Source: Azolla caroliniana
Lineage: Eukaryota > Plantae > Polypodiophyta
Length of the DNA: 64,000 nt
Assembly (NCBI GenBank): GCA_043228905.1
Contig: JBHGNT010000005.1
Span: 4,774,001 to 4,838,000 of the forward strand
Direction: 5' to 3'
In this document: in pieces, positions 23,901-34,279 of the stretch
Layout: each line of letters starts with the position of its first letter
How positions within the stretch are numbered: the first letter of the stretch is position 1
Program-made: the position numbers and the translations under genes
The notes under the pieces: model-generated
Seen by the model: the letters and a program-made list of their open reading frames with translations, nothing else
Told to the model about the DNA's origin: nothing
Databases searched by the model: none

Positions 23901-26281
23901 CTCCTGGAACTGCCCCCGGTATTCCCCTCCGTTATCCGCTCGTATCGCTTTCAGCTTCTTGCCGGATTCCCTTTCCACTCTCGCGTGGAGTTCTTTGAAG
24001 ACGGACAACACTTGGTCCTTTGTCTTCATCGGTGCCGTCCACAGTTTTCGGCTATGATCATCGATGAATGTTACGAAGTACTGGGCTCCGCCATGTGACT
24101 TCGTCTCTACCTGACACACGTCAGTGTGCACCAACTCCAATGGTGCGCTACGTCTCGTCGGTGGCCTTGAGTGGAAGGAGGTTCGGTTTTGCTTACCGGC
24201 CAGGCAATCGGTGCACTTCTCCAGGTGCACGTGCTTCACTGGGATGAGGTTGTCTTCTGCAAGCCTCTTCATCCCCTTCTCACTCATGTGGCACAGTCTT
24301 TTGTGCCACAGCTCACCGGCAGTGTCGGCTGCCACATTCAGCTCTTCCGGACATAACCGGGCATTCATCAGGTACAGTGTGTTGACCTTCCGGGCCCGAG
24401 CCACTATCAAGCTCCCTTTGCTGAACTTCATGACACCGTTCCGGATGCTACCTGTGTAGCCTTCATCGTCTAGCCTCCCGGCCGAAATCAGGTTCAGTCG
24501 AACCTCCGGAACATGTCGGACATCCTTCAGCAGCATTTTGCATCCGGTCGGGGTTGTCAACCACACGTCTCCTATGCCGGCAATCCGGCACGTACCTTCA
24601 TTTCCCATCCGAACACAGCCATGCTCACCGGCTGTGTAGGATGAGAAGTATCTTCTCTCCGGGGTCAGGTGGAACGATGCTCCGGAATCGACCACCCAGG
24701 TCGTCTCATCGCCGGCAACGTTTAGCTCACCTTCTTCGGTGATGAGCATGATTTCTTCCTCACTTGCCGCGAGTGCCGTTGTTCCTTTCCGGTCCTGCCC
24801 TCGCCGATCCGAACCTCTCCGGTCCGTGGCTCCCCGGTATGCACCGTTTCTCTCCGGTGACTTCTTCGAGTCGGTGTCGTCGGCTCCGTTGTCTTTTCGG
24901 TAATGCCGACAATTCTTTCGGAAGTGCCCCGGCTTCCCACAGTGGAAGCATGTGGGTCTTCCTCTTGACTGCGACCGGGTCCCCGACTTCTCCCGTCTTT
25001 GCGGACTCCGGTTCCATTGTCTTCCCCGATCCGATTCGGTAAACAGCATCTTCGGGTCGGAGGCCGGTTCCTTATCTCTCCGACGCGCTTCTTCATTCAG
25101 AATACTTGTCTTTACCGTTTGTAAGGACAAGTTATCTTCGGTGCACGAGGTGCTGAGAGTCACCACCAAGTTCTCCCAGCTTTCCGGCAATGTACACATC
25201 AGGATGATGGCTTGCATTGCATCCTCCAACGGGAACTTGATCGCCGCAAGCTGATTCACGAATCCCATGAACGTGCTTACGTGTTCCACCATACTCTCGC
25301 CGTCCCGGTACTTGAGATTCACTATCTTCCTCATCAGGGAGGTCCGGTTCAACGCATTCTTCCTCTCATAGAGGCCCGACAGCTTCTTCCACATCTCGTA
25401 TGCGTTGGTGTCGTTCGCCACATGTTGTAGGACGCTTACATCGACGTATTGTCGGATCGTCGCTACGGCTTTCCGGTTCAGGAGCTTCCACTCCGACTCA
25501 AGTACCCCTTTCGGTATTTCCGACCTGTCAATCGGTTCGTACAGGTCCCGAACAATCAGAAGATCCTCCATCTTGATCTTCCAGTCGGCGTAATTCTGTG
25601 CATTCAGCACCATCATCATCGGCTGCCCGCTGCCGCCGCCTTCCATTTTCTGCAACAGTCGCTCTGATACCAGTTTGTTGGGAATCAACGCTTGGATTCA
25701 CCTTCACCGCTCGGCCACAACCGATTAATCGCGGATCAATGTAGCAGAAAATAGGAAATACAGAGAAAGACGCGATACACAGGGATTAACGTGGAAAACC
25801 CTATACGGGAAAAACCACGGGAGTGCGAGACTCCGAACCAAACTATGCACAGAGAAATATACAATGGCGAGCTGCAAGGCAACGACCTTGAGCTCGCTGT
25901 CCTCGCCACAGGCGGCGGAAATACACAGAGGCGTCTACCTCTTCCTCTCTCGCGCTCTATCTCTCTCTCTCTCTCACGGCTGCTCCCTCTTCACTCCTCT
26001 TGAGTGGAAAAACAGAAAAATAATGAGCAACAGAAAAACTGTTTGCCCTAAGTCATATTTATACTTATATGACTTTGGGCTATTTACAACTATAGCCTCA
26101 GGGGGCTCGTAGCGAACATATTCACGGATATGTCCCTGCATCCGGATCGCTCTTCGGGTACATTCGTCATCCGGCACCGAAGCCGGGGTCTTCGTCATCC
26201 GGATCCGAAACCGAAACCGGGCTTGTCGGCATTCATCTCCGATATCCGACCATCCCATCCGAAGGGACCGTAATCCCAACA
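20954..26281 (-). mobile_element. Intact Ty1/copia element C2 (Tnt1/Tork-like), TSD CATTA
   Basis: 606-bp LTRs 20954-21559 and 25676-26281 look identical; PBS-iMet 25661-25672; PPT ~21560-21570; CATTA on both sides. Confidence 0.98.
21570..25646 (-). CDS. C2 gag-pol polyprotein (1358 aa from MEGGGSG), uninterrupted
   Basis: CFHCGKPGHFRKNC, WVVDSGAS, GAG-pre-integrase, rve core, RT YVDD and RNase H in one ORF. Confidence 0.97.
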   Translation of the reverse strand: MEGGGSGQPMMMVLNAQNYADWKIKMEDLLIVRDLYEPIDRSEIPKGVLESEWKLLNRKAVATIRQYVDVSVLQHVANDTNAYEMWKKLSGLYERKNALNRTSLMRKIVNLKYRDGESMVEHVSTFMGFVNQLAAIKFPLEDAMQAIILMCTLPESWENLVVTLSTSCTEDNLSLQTVKTSILNEEARRRDKEPASDPKMLFTESDRGRQWNRSPQRREKSGTRSQSRGRPTCFHCGKPGHFRKNCRHYRKDNGADDTDSKKSPERNGAYRGATDRRGSDRRGQDRKGTTALAASEEEIMLITEEGELNVAGDETTWVVDSGASFHLTPERRYFSSYTAGEHGCVRMGNEGTCRIAGIGDVWLTTPTGCKMLLKDVRHVPEVRLNLISAGRLDDEGYTGSIRNGVMKFSKGSLIVARARKVNTLYLMNARLCPEELNVAADTAGELWHKRLCHMSEKGMKRLAEDNLIPVKHVHLEKCTDCLAGKQNRTSFHSRPPTRRSAPLELVHTDVCQVETKSHGGAQYFVTFIDDHSRKLWTAPMKTKDQVLSVFKELHARVERESGKKLKAIRADNGGEYRGQFQEYCRSKGIRLEFTVPKTPELNGLAERMNRTIMERVRSMLAHAKLPKGFWAEAMSTATYVINRSPSVPLDGDTPQRVWTGKEVSYRHLKVFGCLAYVHVAKDRRGKLDPKTRPCIFLGYGDDEFGYRVWDPVDKKIFRSRDIIFMENKTLADWESEKKMKSSKSIGEDQLYEEQSRPARDRLALEDPAEDGEETEPAEEDENDTGTGPDPEMDSDEEEESEEPVTEAPERRYPLRERRAPRRFPEPEHVLLTDEGEPESFEEAKHDTQSRRWLSAMQDEMDSLHENHTYELVELPKGKRALRNKWVFKLKPGDAGNPPRYKARIVVKGFQQKKGVDFDEIFAPVVKMTSIRTVLSIAASMDLEVEQMDVKTAFLHGDLEEEIYMQQPEGFEKKGKEHLVCRLKKSLYGLKQAPRQWYRKFDSFMTDEGYLKTQSDHCVFVKKFEGGDSLILLLYVDDMLIVGRDQVKIRMLKKALHRTFSMKDLGPARQILGMHIIRDRKKKQLWLSQEKYVTKVLQRFNMSEARPVGSTLPANCKLSSKQSPKTKAEKEDMMKVPYASAVGSLMYAMVCTRPDIGYAVGVVSRYMSNPGKEHWNAAKWILRYLKGTANVCLRFGSGKPELEGFTDSDMSADADTSRSTSGYVMTYAGGAVSWQSRLQKTVALSTTEAEYMAAVEAGKEIIWMKDFIRELGIRQEEYRLYCDSQSAIHLAKNAAYHSRTKHIQRRYHWIRERIEDKEFVLTKIHTDENGSDMLTKVLTPDKLEACRKRVGLERHPMPK

Positions 26282-26436
26282 CATTAAAGGTGTGAACTCA
26301 TTTTTATGTCTCGTTCTTTGTATTATAGTTTTTGAGTGAACTAGTGATCATGGATGTCATTAAAGGTGTGAACTCATGTTTTATATCTTGTTCTTTTTAT
26401 TATGCGTGTTCATTGGAACCTCATTTTTATTCACGT

Positions 26437-27370
26437 TGTCAAGGAAATCCTCGCATGTTCGCAAAATGAAGCGGGACCACCGGGGTCCTGGACCGGAAGG
26501 ATTCAATGTTTTTAACAACGTAAGCGAGAAAGTATTGAAGATAGATAGATGGATGAAGAGATAGAAAGAGATTGAGATAGAGATTGAACCCTTGACTTTA
26601 GTTTTATGAGACAAGATACATCTTGTACCATTAGGATAACTCAGATCTTTGATTAAAAGTTTCTTTTTTACTTACATCACTTGCCTCCTTACACAAGCCC
26701 CACTATAGCCTTTTCTAGGTCTCTCTATGCTAAAACCACGAGCTAAAACCATGGTTTTGTGCCCACGGTTTCTATATGTTTGCTTCCTACAAAATACTTA
26801 ATATGAAAAGAAAATATACAAATTCTAAAGCACTCAGTAGTGACTTTAGTGGTAAGTTAATTTGTCTCTTATCTTGGAGGTGCAAGTTCCAAGCCTTGCT
26901 TCCACCCTTATGTATACACTTAAATGTTTCTAGGCTTTAGTCTTATTTTTATATTTACAATTGANNNNNNNNNNNNNNNNNNNNNNNNNNNNNNNNNNNN
27001 NNNNNNNNNNNNNNNNNNNNNNNNNNNNNNNNNNNNNNNNNNNNNNNNNNNNNNNNNNNNNNNNAAGTGGTAAGTTAATTTGTCTCTTATCTTGGAGGTG
27101 CAAGTTCCAAGCCTTGCTTCCACCCTTATGTATACACTTAAATGTTTCTAGGCTTTAGTCTTATTTTTATATTTACAATTGAGCGCACATCACACGTCCA
27201 CATGTTTAATTGTACATCTAACTTTTCTTTTAGGATTCTCATTTCAGTCCTATTTACAACATGCTAGCATATGTGTTTGGCCTTCACCCCTTTCACACGT
27301 CCACATTGCACCTTCGCGATTTCGTTCGTTGCACAGAATTTTCACACCGGTGCCAAAAATCTTCACGACA
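26437..27370 (-). mobile_element. LTR C of the TGTCGTGAAG gypsy lineage (solo as assembled; spans the N gap), 4-bp TSD ACGT
   Basis: CTTCACGACA at 27361-27370; other end reads CCAGGACCCCGGTGGTCCCGC...CTTGACA on minus, like solo LTR B; ACGT at 26433-26436 and 27371-27374. Confidence 0.88.
26965..27064. other. Assembly gap (100 N) with ~115 bp duplicated on both sides
   Basis: ~26848-26964 repeats at ~27066-27182, typical of an unmerged contig overlap. Confidence 0.9.
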
Positions 27371-27457
27371 ACGTTGCATAGTGTTATGTTTTTATCATAT
27401 TGCCTAACCATAAGATAAATAGTAAGAATCTATACATTTACTATGTATTGTGTATAG

Positions 27458-27462
<5 letters not shown>

Positions 27463-27530
<68 letters not shown>
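27463..27530. repeat. (TA)n microsatellite
   Basis: Visible TA run. Confidence 0.9.
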
Positions 27531-27532
<2 letters not shown>

Positions 27533-27840
27533 CACATCGAAAGAGATTCTAGTTATAGAGGAGGGTTCAAAAACCACTAGAGGTAATGGAGAAATAAAGA
27601 TGACAACAATGAAGCAAGTGGGAAATATGAACAAGATGTAAAGTACCCTTGTTGTATCTATGTATTGTGGAATCATCCGACAGTGCTAAACCATAAATGG
27701 AGATACTACCTAACTATGATGGGTATTGTGCCAATTGAAGAATGTCAAGTGTTGTCATAAACAAATTCCGCTAGTGGCAACATTTATACGTGATTGTAAA
27801 GAATCAAGAGATGAATTCTTGTGAAGCGGAATAGGTGTGA

Positions 27841-27882
<42 letters not shown>

Positions 27883-28351
27883 ACATAGAGAGAGACACAC
27901 ACACACACACAGAATATGATTCTATGACTCATACTAAATGCTAGAATACAAAGAGGTGACATAATGGTGACTCTTGACCGTTGGAGTGTCTATTCACTCT
28001 CAAGGTGAGTTCACACACTAGACCAAGTTGAGCTTGATTCTCAACACGCCCCCTCAATCTCAAGTCGGGTCGGTTTCAGATGGTATTTGAAATCCGCTTC
28101 GACTTGCGTTCCGAAATCCACGTCCACTCGCGTTGACTTGCATTTGTGCGGAGTTGCGGAATCCGTGCTCCAGCTTGCATTGTGCGTAGTGGCGAAGTTT
28201 GTGCTTCGGCTTGCGTCTTTCTTTGCGGCTTTGCGTGGTAGATCGGCTCTTTGCGGCTTCGTTGCAAGGTTGTGTAATCCACGCGTTCTTGCGTAGTGTG
28301 CGCGGCTCGCGGAATCCACGTGTTATTGCGTAATGTCTTAAGTACTCCCCG

Positions 28352-31311
28352 TCAAGCTCCTAAGGCTTTACTGAAGATGTCGGCCGTTTGAAGATTTGTG
28401 CTAATGTGTTGTAGGTCGACATCGCCAGCTAGAACGCACTCTCGAATGAAGTGATAGTGCACTTCGATGTGCTTTGTCCGCGCGTGGAACACCGGGTTCC
28501 GAGCCAAATAAATATTGCTCATGTTGTCGTAGTAAAGGGAAGTTGGATCCTTTATGGGTATGCCCAGATCCTTCAAAATCCTCTTGAGCAATACGACTTC
28601 ACACGCAGCTATGGTTGCGCCCCTGTATTCCGCCTCCGTACTCGAAAGAGCGACGGTAGGCTCCTTCTTGCTACTCCAGGATATTGCTCCGCTGCCAAGG
28701 GAGAAAACAAATCCGAAGGTTGATCTTTTATCGGCTTTGTAGCTAGCCCAATCGGTGTCTGTGTACCCCTCGAGTTGTATTGGCATTGCGGTCTTGTAGA
28801 GGATGTCGCAATCCATTGTGCTGCTCACGTAGCGTAGAACACGCTTAGCGCAATCCAACTGAGTATCATGCGGTGTTTGCACGAATTGGCTAAGGAGACC
28901 GACCGGATAACTGAGATTGGGTCGTGTGATCGTGAAGTAGATGAGACTCCCGATGAGTTGTCAATACTGAGTCAGCTCACACGCTTTGGTGCCGAAGTTC
29001 GCATCTCGTTTGAGGTTGCGATCGAGCGGGGTTGCCGCAGATTTGCACTCAGCCATCCCGAACTTGTATAGTAAGTTGAGGATGTAGTGCCGTTGAGAGA
29101 TCATGAATCCGGTTGGAGTCCGAATAACCTCGATGCCGAGGAAGTAGTGGAGTTCCTTTATGTCCGTCATCTCGAACTTGTCGGAAAGGAGGGATTTGAC
29201 CTTATTGATTTCGACGAGATGCTCACCTCCAATGACTAGGTCATCCACATACAAGATGATGACGATCAAACTTGCGGAATCGCTTTGTATGTAGAGGGAT
29301 GTAGTGCCGTTGAGAGATCATGAATCCGGTTGGAGTCCGAATAACCTCGATGCCGAGGAAGTAGTGGAGTTCCTTTATGTCCGTCATCTCGAACTTGTCG
29401 GAAAGGAGGGATTTGACCTTATTGATTTCGACGAGATGCTCACCTCCAATGACTAGGTCATCCACATACAAGATGATGACGATCAAACTTGCGGAATCGC
29501 TTTGTATGTAGAGGGATGTAGTGCCGTTGAGAGATCATGAATCCGGTTGGAGTCCGAATAACCTCGATGCCGAGGAAGTAGTGGAGTTCCTTTATGTCCG
29601 TCATCTCGAACTTGTCGGAAAGGAGGGATTTGACCTTATTGATTTCGACGAGATGCTCACCTCCAATGACTAGGTCATCCACATACAAGATGATGACGAT
29701 CAAACTTGCGGAATCGCTTTGTATGTAGAGGGAGTTGTCTGATTTTGATATACGGAAGCCGATTTGATGAAGATATTGCGTTATCTTCGAATGCCAAGCA
29801 GTTGGTGCTTGCTTGAGGCCGTAGAGTGGCTTCTTGAGTCGGCATACAACTTTCAGATGGGTACTCGAGTTGAAACCGGGTGGTTGTATCATGTACACCT
29901 CCTCTTCTAATTCGCCTTGTAGAAAGGCGTTCTTGACGTCCATTTGATGGAGGTCCCACCCTTTTGGCGCGGCAAGAGCAATTACGGTCCGTACCATAGT
30001 CATCTTTGCCACTGGGGCAAAGGTCTCTTCGTAGTCAACTCCATGCGTTTGTGCGTAGCCTTTCGCTACGAGTCGCGCTTTGTAGCGGTTGACGGAACCG
30101 TCAGCGTTGTACTTCACTTTGTAAATCCATCTACATCCGATCGCCTTTTTGTGCAGTGAGGTGGGAACGAGATCCCACGTTTCATTCTTCCGTAGTGCCT
30201 GCATCTCCTCGTTCATTGCTTTGATCCATCGCGGCTTCGGAAAAGGTTTCCGGCTCCCGTACTATTGCTACCTTCATCATAAAGGCGTGATGGTACGCCA
30301 TATAATCGTTGTAGCCGAATCGACGAAGTGGATCGACGAAGCTTTTCACGAGTGGATCGACGAAGCTTTTCATTTGCAGAGATGAGGGTTTCTTAGCTCC
30401 GATTGGTACATCAAAGCCGCCGAACTCACTGTCGAGTGAGTGAGTTGACTCATCGTCGTCGAAGCAATCGTCTTCATATTCCGCCATTTTCGCATTGCCT
30501 TTGTCCATCTTCGGGCTAGGCCGTGATGTGCTTTGATCGCTCAAAGGCTCTTGTGGTCCGCTCAGTCGGGTCGTGATCTGACTTTCTTCGAACATGCGCG
30601 TAAGGCGATCTTCATCCTCTATCTCTTGTTCGGCGAATTCCGGGTCGAGCGGAGTCGGAGTCGGAGTCGGAGTTGTCTCTGGTGCGTACCAGGATGTGGA
30701 CTCGTCAAAAACGACGTCTCGACTTACTCGAGATTTTCGAGTTGAGGGGTTGTAGCACTTGTACCCCTTTTGCTCCAGTGAGTATCCTACGAGGATACAT
30801 TTCTCCGACTTCGGGTCAAGCTTTTGACGCTTCTTGTCGGGAATGTGAACGTACGCTATCGCGTCGAATATTCGGATGTGCGATAAGTCCGGCTTCTTTC
30901 CAAAGTAGTTTTCATGTGGAGTGACCTCGTGCACACCGGATGTTGTGCACCGGTTCATTAGGTAGACGACCGTATTTGCAGCTTCGGCCCAATAAGACTT
31001 GGGCATATGTTTCTCGTTCATCATGGCCCGTGCTACTTCGAGGATGTGCCGATTTTTGCGCTCAGCTACGCCGTTTTGTTGCGGAGTGTGTCGGCAAGTG
31101 AATTCTCGCCGAATTCCTTCCTTTAGGAGATACGTCGTGAAGTCGTCCGAGAAATACTCCTTGCCGCCATCGGATCGAAGATAACGTACATGTCGGCCCG
31201 TGGCTTTCTCGACTTCATTCTTGAAATTTTGGAAGTGTCTAAACACTTCGCTCTTTTGCCGCATCGGGTAGATCGAAGTGTGCCTAGAGAAGTTGTCGAT
31301 GAAGAGCACGT
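28352..31311 (-). pseudogene. C4 integrase-RT-RNase H segment, decayed
   Basis: LRSDGGKEY, TPQQNGVAERKNR, RYKARLVAKG, LYVDDL, HARTKHIEVHYHFIRE. Confidence 0.92.
29080..29733. repeat. Three tandem 217-bp copies of the C4 RT YVDD region
   Basis: Units start at 29080, 29297, 29514; identical peptides in the ORF track. Confidence 0.93.
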
Positions 31312-32112
31312 TGTCGTGAAGAAAACCGTCCATAGGCGGAATCGGCGCACCTAGGCGTGGGAACCGGTTCTTCACGCGCGCAAGCTCCAAGTTGTACATA
31401 GAAGCGAATTAGGAGGATAATCGGCAGGAACGGGCCCTAACACAAGTGGAGACAAAGACCGCGCGAACAGTCTTTTCGGTCGCGCGCGCGAGCGAAGGAA
31501 CTGTACGAGTCGGCGGCGTAACTACGCGGACGCGTGAAGGACGGAGCAGATCCCTGTCCAAAAGGGACAGGGAATAAAGCTGACATGACGGCCTGCTCGT
31601 CGGCCTATATAAGGAGGAGGAAAGAGCTGTTGCAGGCATCTCGCGCAGAGAGGACGAAGTGCTGTCGGACCGTTTCTGGACGCTTCTCTCTCTGTTTCCT
31701 TCCTTCTTGAGCTCCATAGCTTTTCTGTGCAGGGTTCCGAGGAGGCTCGCGCTGTTTCGAGGAACGCCCGAGTGCTTCCGGCAGCACCTCCGACCGACCT
31801 GCTACCCCTTTGTGCGTCGAAGCGAACATGCATCGGCATCTGTTCGCCGGCCTGTTCGGTTGTAACCAACCTGTGCCCCATCGAGGGTTGTAGTCGTGTT
31901 AGCCATTTTTCTTAATATACATATTTAGTCATTCGCATCTGTCTGTGTCGGTGTCTGTTCGCGTTCTCCGTGCTGAAGGGCCGTGTCCCTGTGTATCCCC
32001 GGTCCTGCGTAGCCGGTTCTCTCTCTTTCTCCTCCCTCGCTTGCTCTTTGGTTCGAGACCCCCGCGGTCCCGCCTCGTTTCCACACGCACTTGCGTAATA
32101 TCTAGACATCTT

Positions 32113-32130
32113 TGGTGAACCCGACGTGAA
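32113..32130 (+). promoter_or_regulatory. G1 primer-binding site, tRNA-Trp
   Basis: TGGTGAACCCGACGTGAA is complementary to the plant tRNA-Trp 3' end (...TTCACGTCGGGTTCACCA, recalled sequence). Confidence 0.85.
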
Positions 32131-34279
32131 AGAGGCGGCAGAAGAGCAGAAGATGAGGGGGTCGGATCTTGCAGAGGCCATGGCTTCGGCCGTGGATCGG
32201 ATTGTAAACGCGCGCGAGGGCACCGGTGCCCTCGACAGAGCTATTGAGGCGGTCGTCGGCACGATCGGCCGGTTCGATGGGAAGGATGCCACGAAGTATT
32301 TGGCGTCCTACGGTGCAGAGATGCTGATGCGGGACATTCCGGAAGAAAGGCGTCTTGCCGGATTTCCCCGAGTGGCGATGCCGAGCATCCATGCGGAGGT
32401 GCTCGAGGTGCGAGCGGAGAGCCGTACCTGGGAGGAGTTCGAAGGTCGGCTCCTAGAGAAATACGGGCTGGACGACGCGCTCCGGCTTTCGAAGCGAAGG
32501 TTCATGGAATGGGTGGAGTCCCCGGGGAAGGGAAGAAACGCGTCGGCACTCCTCCGGGAGTTCGAGGAAAACTTTGCGCGCCTTTCGGCGCTCGACCGAA
32601 CCATCCTGGACACGAGCCGAGTCTTGCTGTTTGTCAAGTCGGTCGACGAGAGGGATCGGGAGCAAGTGGGCCTCTTGCTGGAAACCGAAGACGCGCTCAC
32701 TACCGACTGGGCGGCTGTCAAGAAAGTCTGTGGCCGTTTCGACAAACGGCGAGAATGGGCGGATAACGGGGCAGCCTGGTCGGGCTCGGTCGCAGCAAGG
32801 AAGCTCGAACTAGCGCCACAGGTGCGAAAGGAAGAGACCCGAGAGTGGTTGGAAACCGGTTCGGCTTCGACCGGCGTAGTCAGAGGCTCAACCGGAGGAG
32901 CGGCGCTGGAGGAATTGACGAGGGCGATAAAGGACCTCCAAATCGCGCAAGCCCGAAGGGAAGGTGGCGAACCGGCTCGTGACCGACGGCCGGTGGCAGG
33001 AAACAGGTGCATGTGGTGCGATGAAGTCGGCCACATTCGGAAGGACTGCGACGACTTCGCGGAGGCGCTGAGGAACAGGGTGGTGTACTTGTGGGAAGGA
33101 CGGGTGCATGCCAGCGACACCCGAAGGGCCCTGAGCCGAAACGACGGGCGAGGTGGTATGAAAAGGTTGATGGAAGAGGCGGCGGCCCGACACGCGGAAA
33201 CCGTCCACTACTCGGCGTCGGCCGGCATTTGAGTCGGGGGCGGCGAGGCCCGAAGGGAAAGCAAAGCCGGATTCTGGCCGACGATGCTGGAAGGCCTTGC
33301 CGGTGCAAGGCTTAAAAGGGAGGAATCAGACCGTGCGGAGAAACGGGTACGGGAGATGACCGGGTGGAGCGACCCGGTCGAGGAAAAGACGGGCTTCGTG
33401 GAAGCTGCTTGCCAGAACTACGAGGCTCTGGTAGAAGAGAAGCGGGTGGGGAAACCCGGGACGACCGGGCCCTCACAACGATACGAGACCCGGTCCGGCC
33501 CACGACGGGACGAAGCCGGCGGGGCTAGTACGCAAGATAAACCCCAGAAGGGTGGGTACCGTCTGGGGACGGAGATAGAAAGGACCACGGACTTACGAAA
33601 GGTCCTGGAGGAACGGATCCTCGACAGCAAGGTGGAGCTGTCGTTACGAGAGGTGCTGGGAATCGCCAAGAAGGAGTTTCATGACTCCATCGTGGACTTG
33701 GTGAAACGGAAGAGGCTGTCAACGGAGACAGAACCGGAGAGACCAGTGGAAGTGCGGACGACGCACCTAGACGACATGGCGCTGGGAGACGAGTGGGCGG
33801 AAAGCCACTATTCGAGACCACACTGGGCCCGAGCGACCACGGAAACCCCGGTGAAGATCGGCGATGTCCAGGAACCGATGATAGCTTTGGTGGACCACGG
33901 ATCGGAGATCAATTTGATGTCCATGGACTTCTATAAGAAGGGCAAATGGCCGATCAACACCAAGCACGGGTGGAAAATAAGGGCAGCAACGCGCGCCACC
34001 GAGGAACTGCACGGGGCCTGTCCGAATGTGCGAGTCAAGATCGGCGACGTCGAGATTGACCAGCACTTCTTCGTGCAGGAGACGTCTTCGCATCCGGTCA
34101 TTCTGGGAGAGCCGTACATCACGGCGGCGCGAATGGAGACCAAAGTGCTGGACAATGGTTCGGCCTACGCGAGGGTCAAAAGCCAAGACGGGCGCCATTC
34201 GGTCCAGTTTCTGACGGTACGGCCGAACCACGAACGTAACCGCGATTCCCTCGGTTCCGAAAACCGAGAGGATTTTTAG
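32126..34279 (+). pseudogene. G1 gag-protease ORF with one premature TGA (33230-33232)
   Basis: CMWCDEVGHIRKDC knuckle, ALVDHGSEIN protease; 32126 and 33284 ORFs share a frame. Confidence 0.9.

Noticed and set aside
26848-27182. Direct repeat around the N run as a biological duplication
   Set aside because: It flanks a 100-N placeholder exactly, typical of an unmerged contig overlap. It also means the solo status of LTR C is not fully certain.
33230-33232. Programmed stop-codon readthrough in G1 gag
   Set aside because: G2 has Arg at the matching position; CGA to TGA decay is simpler.
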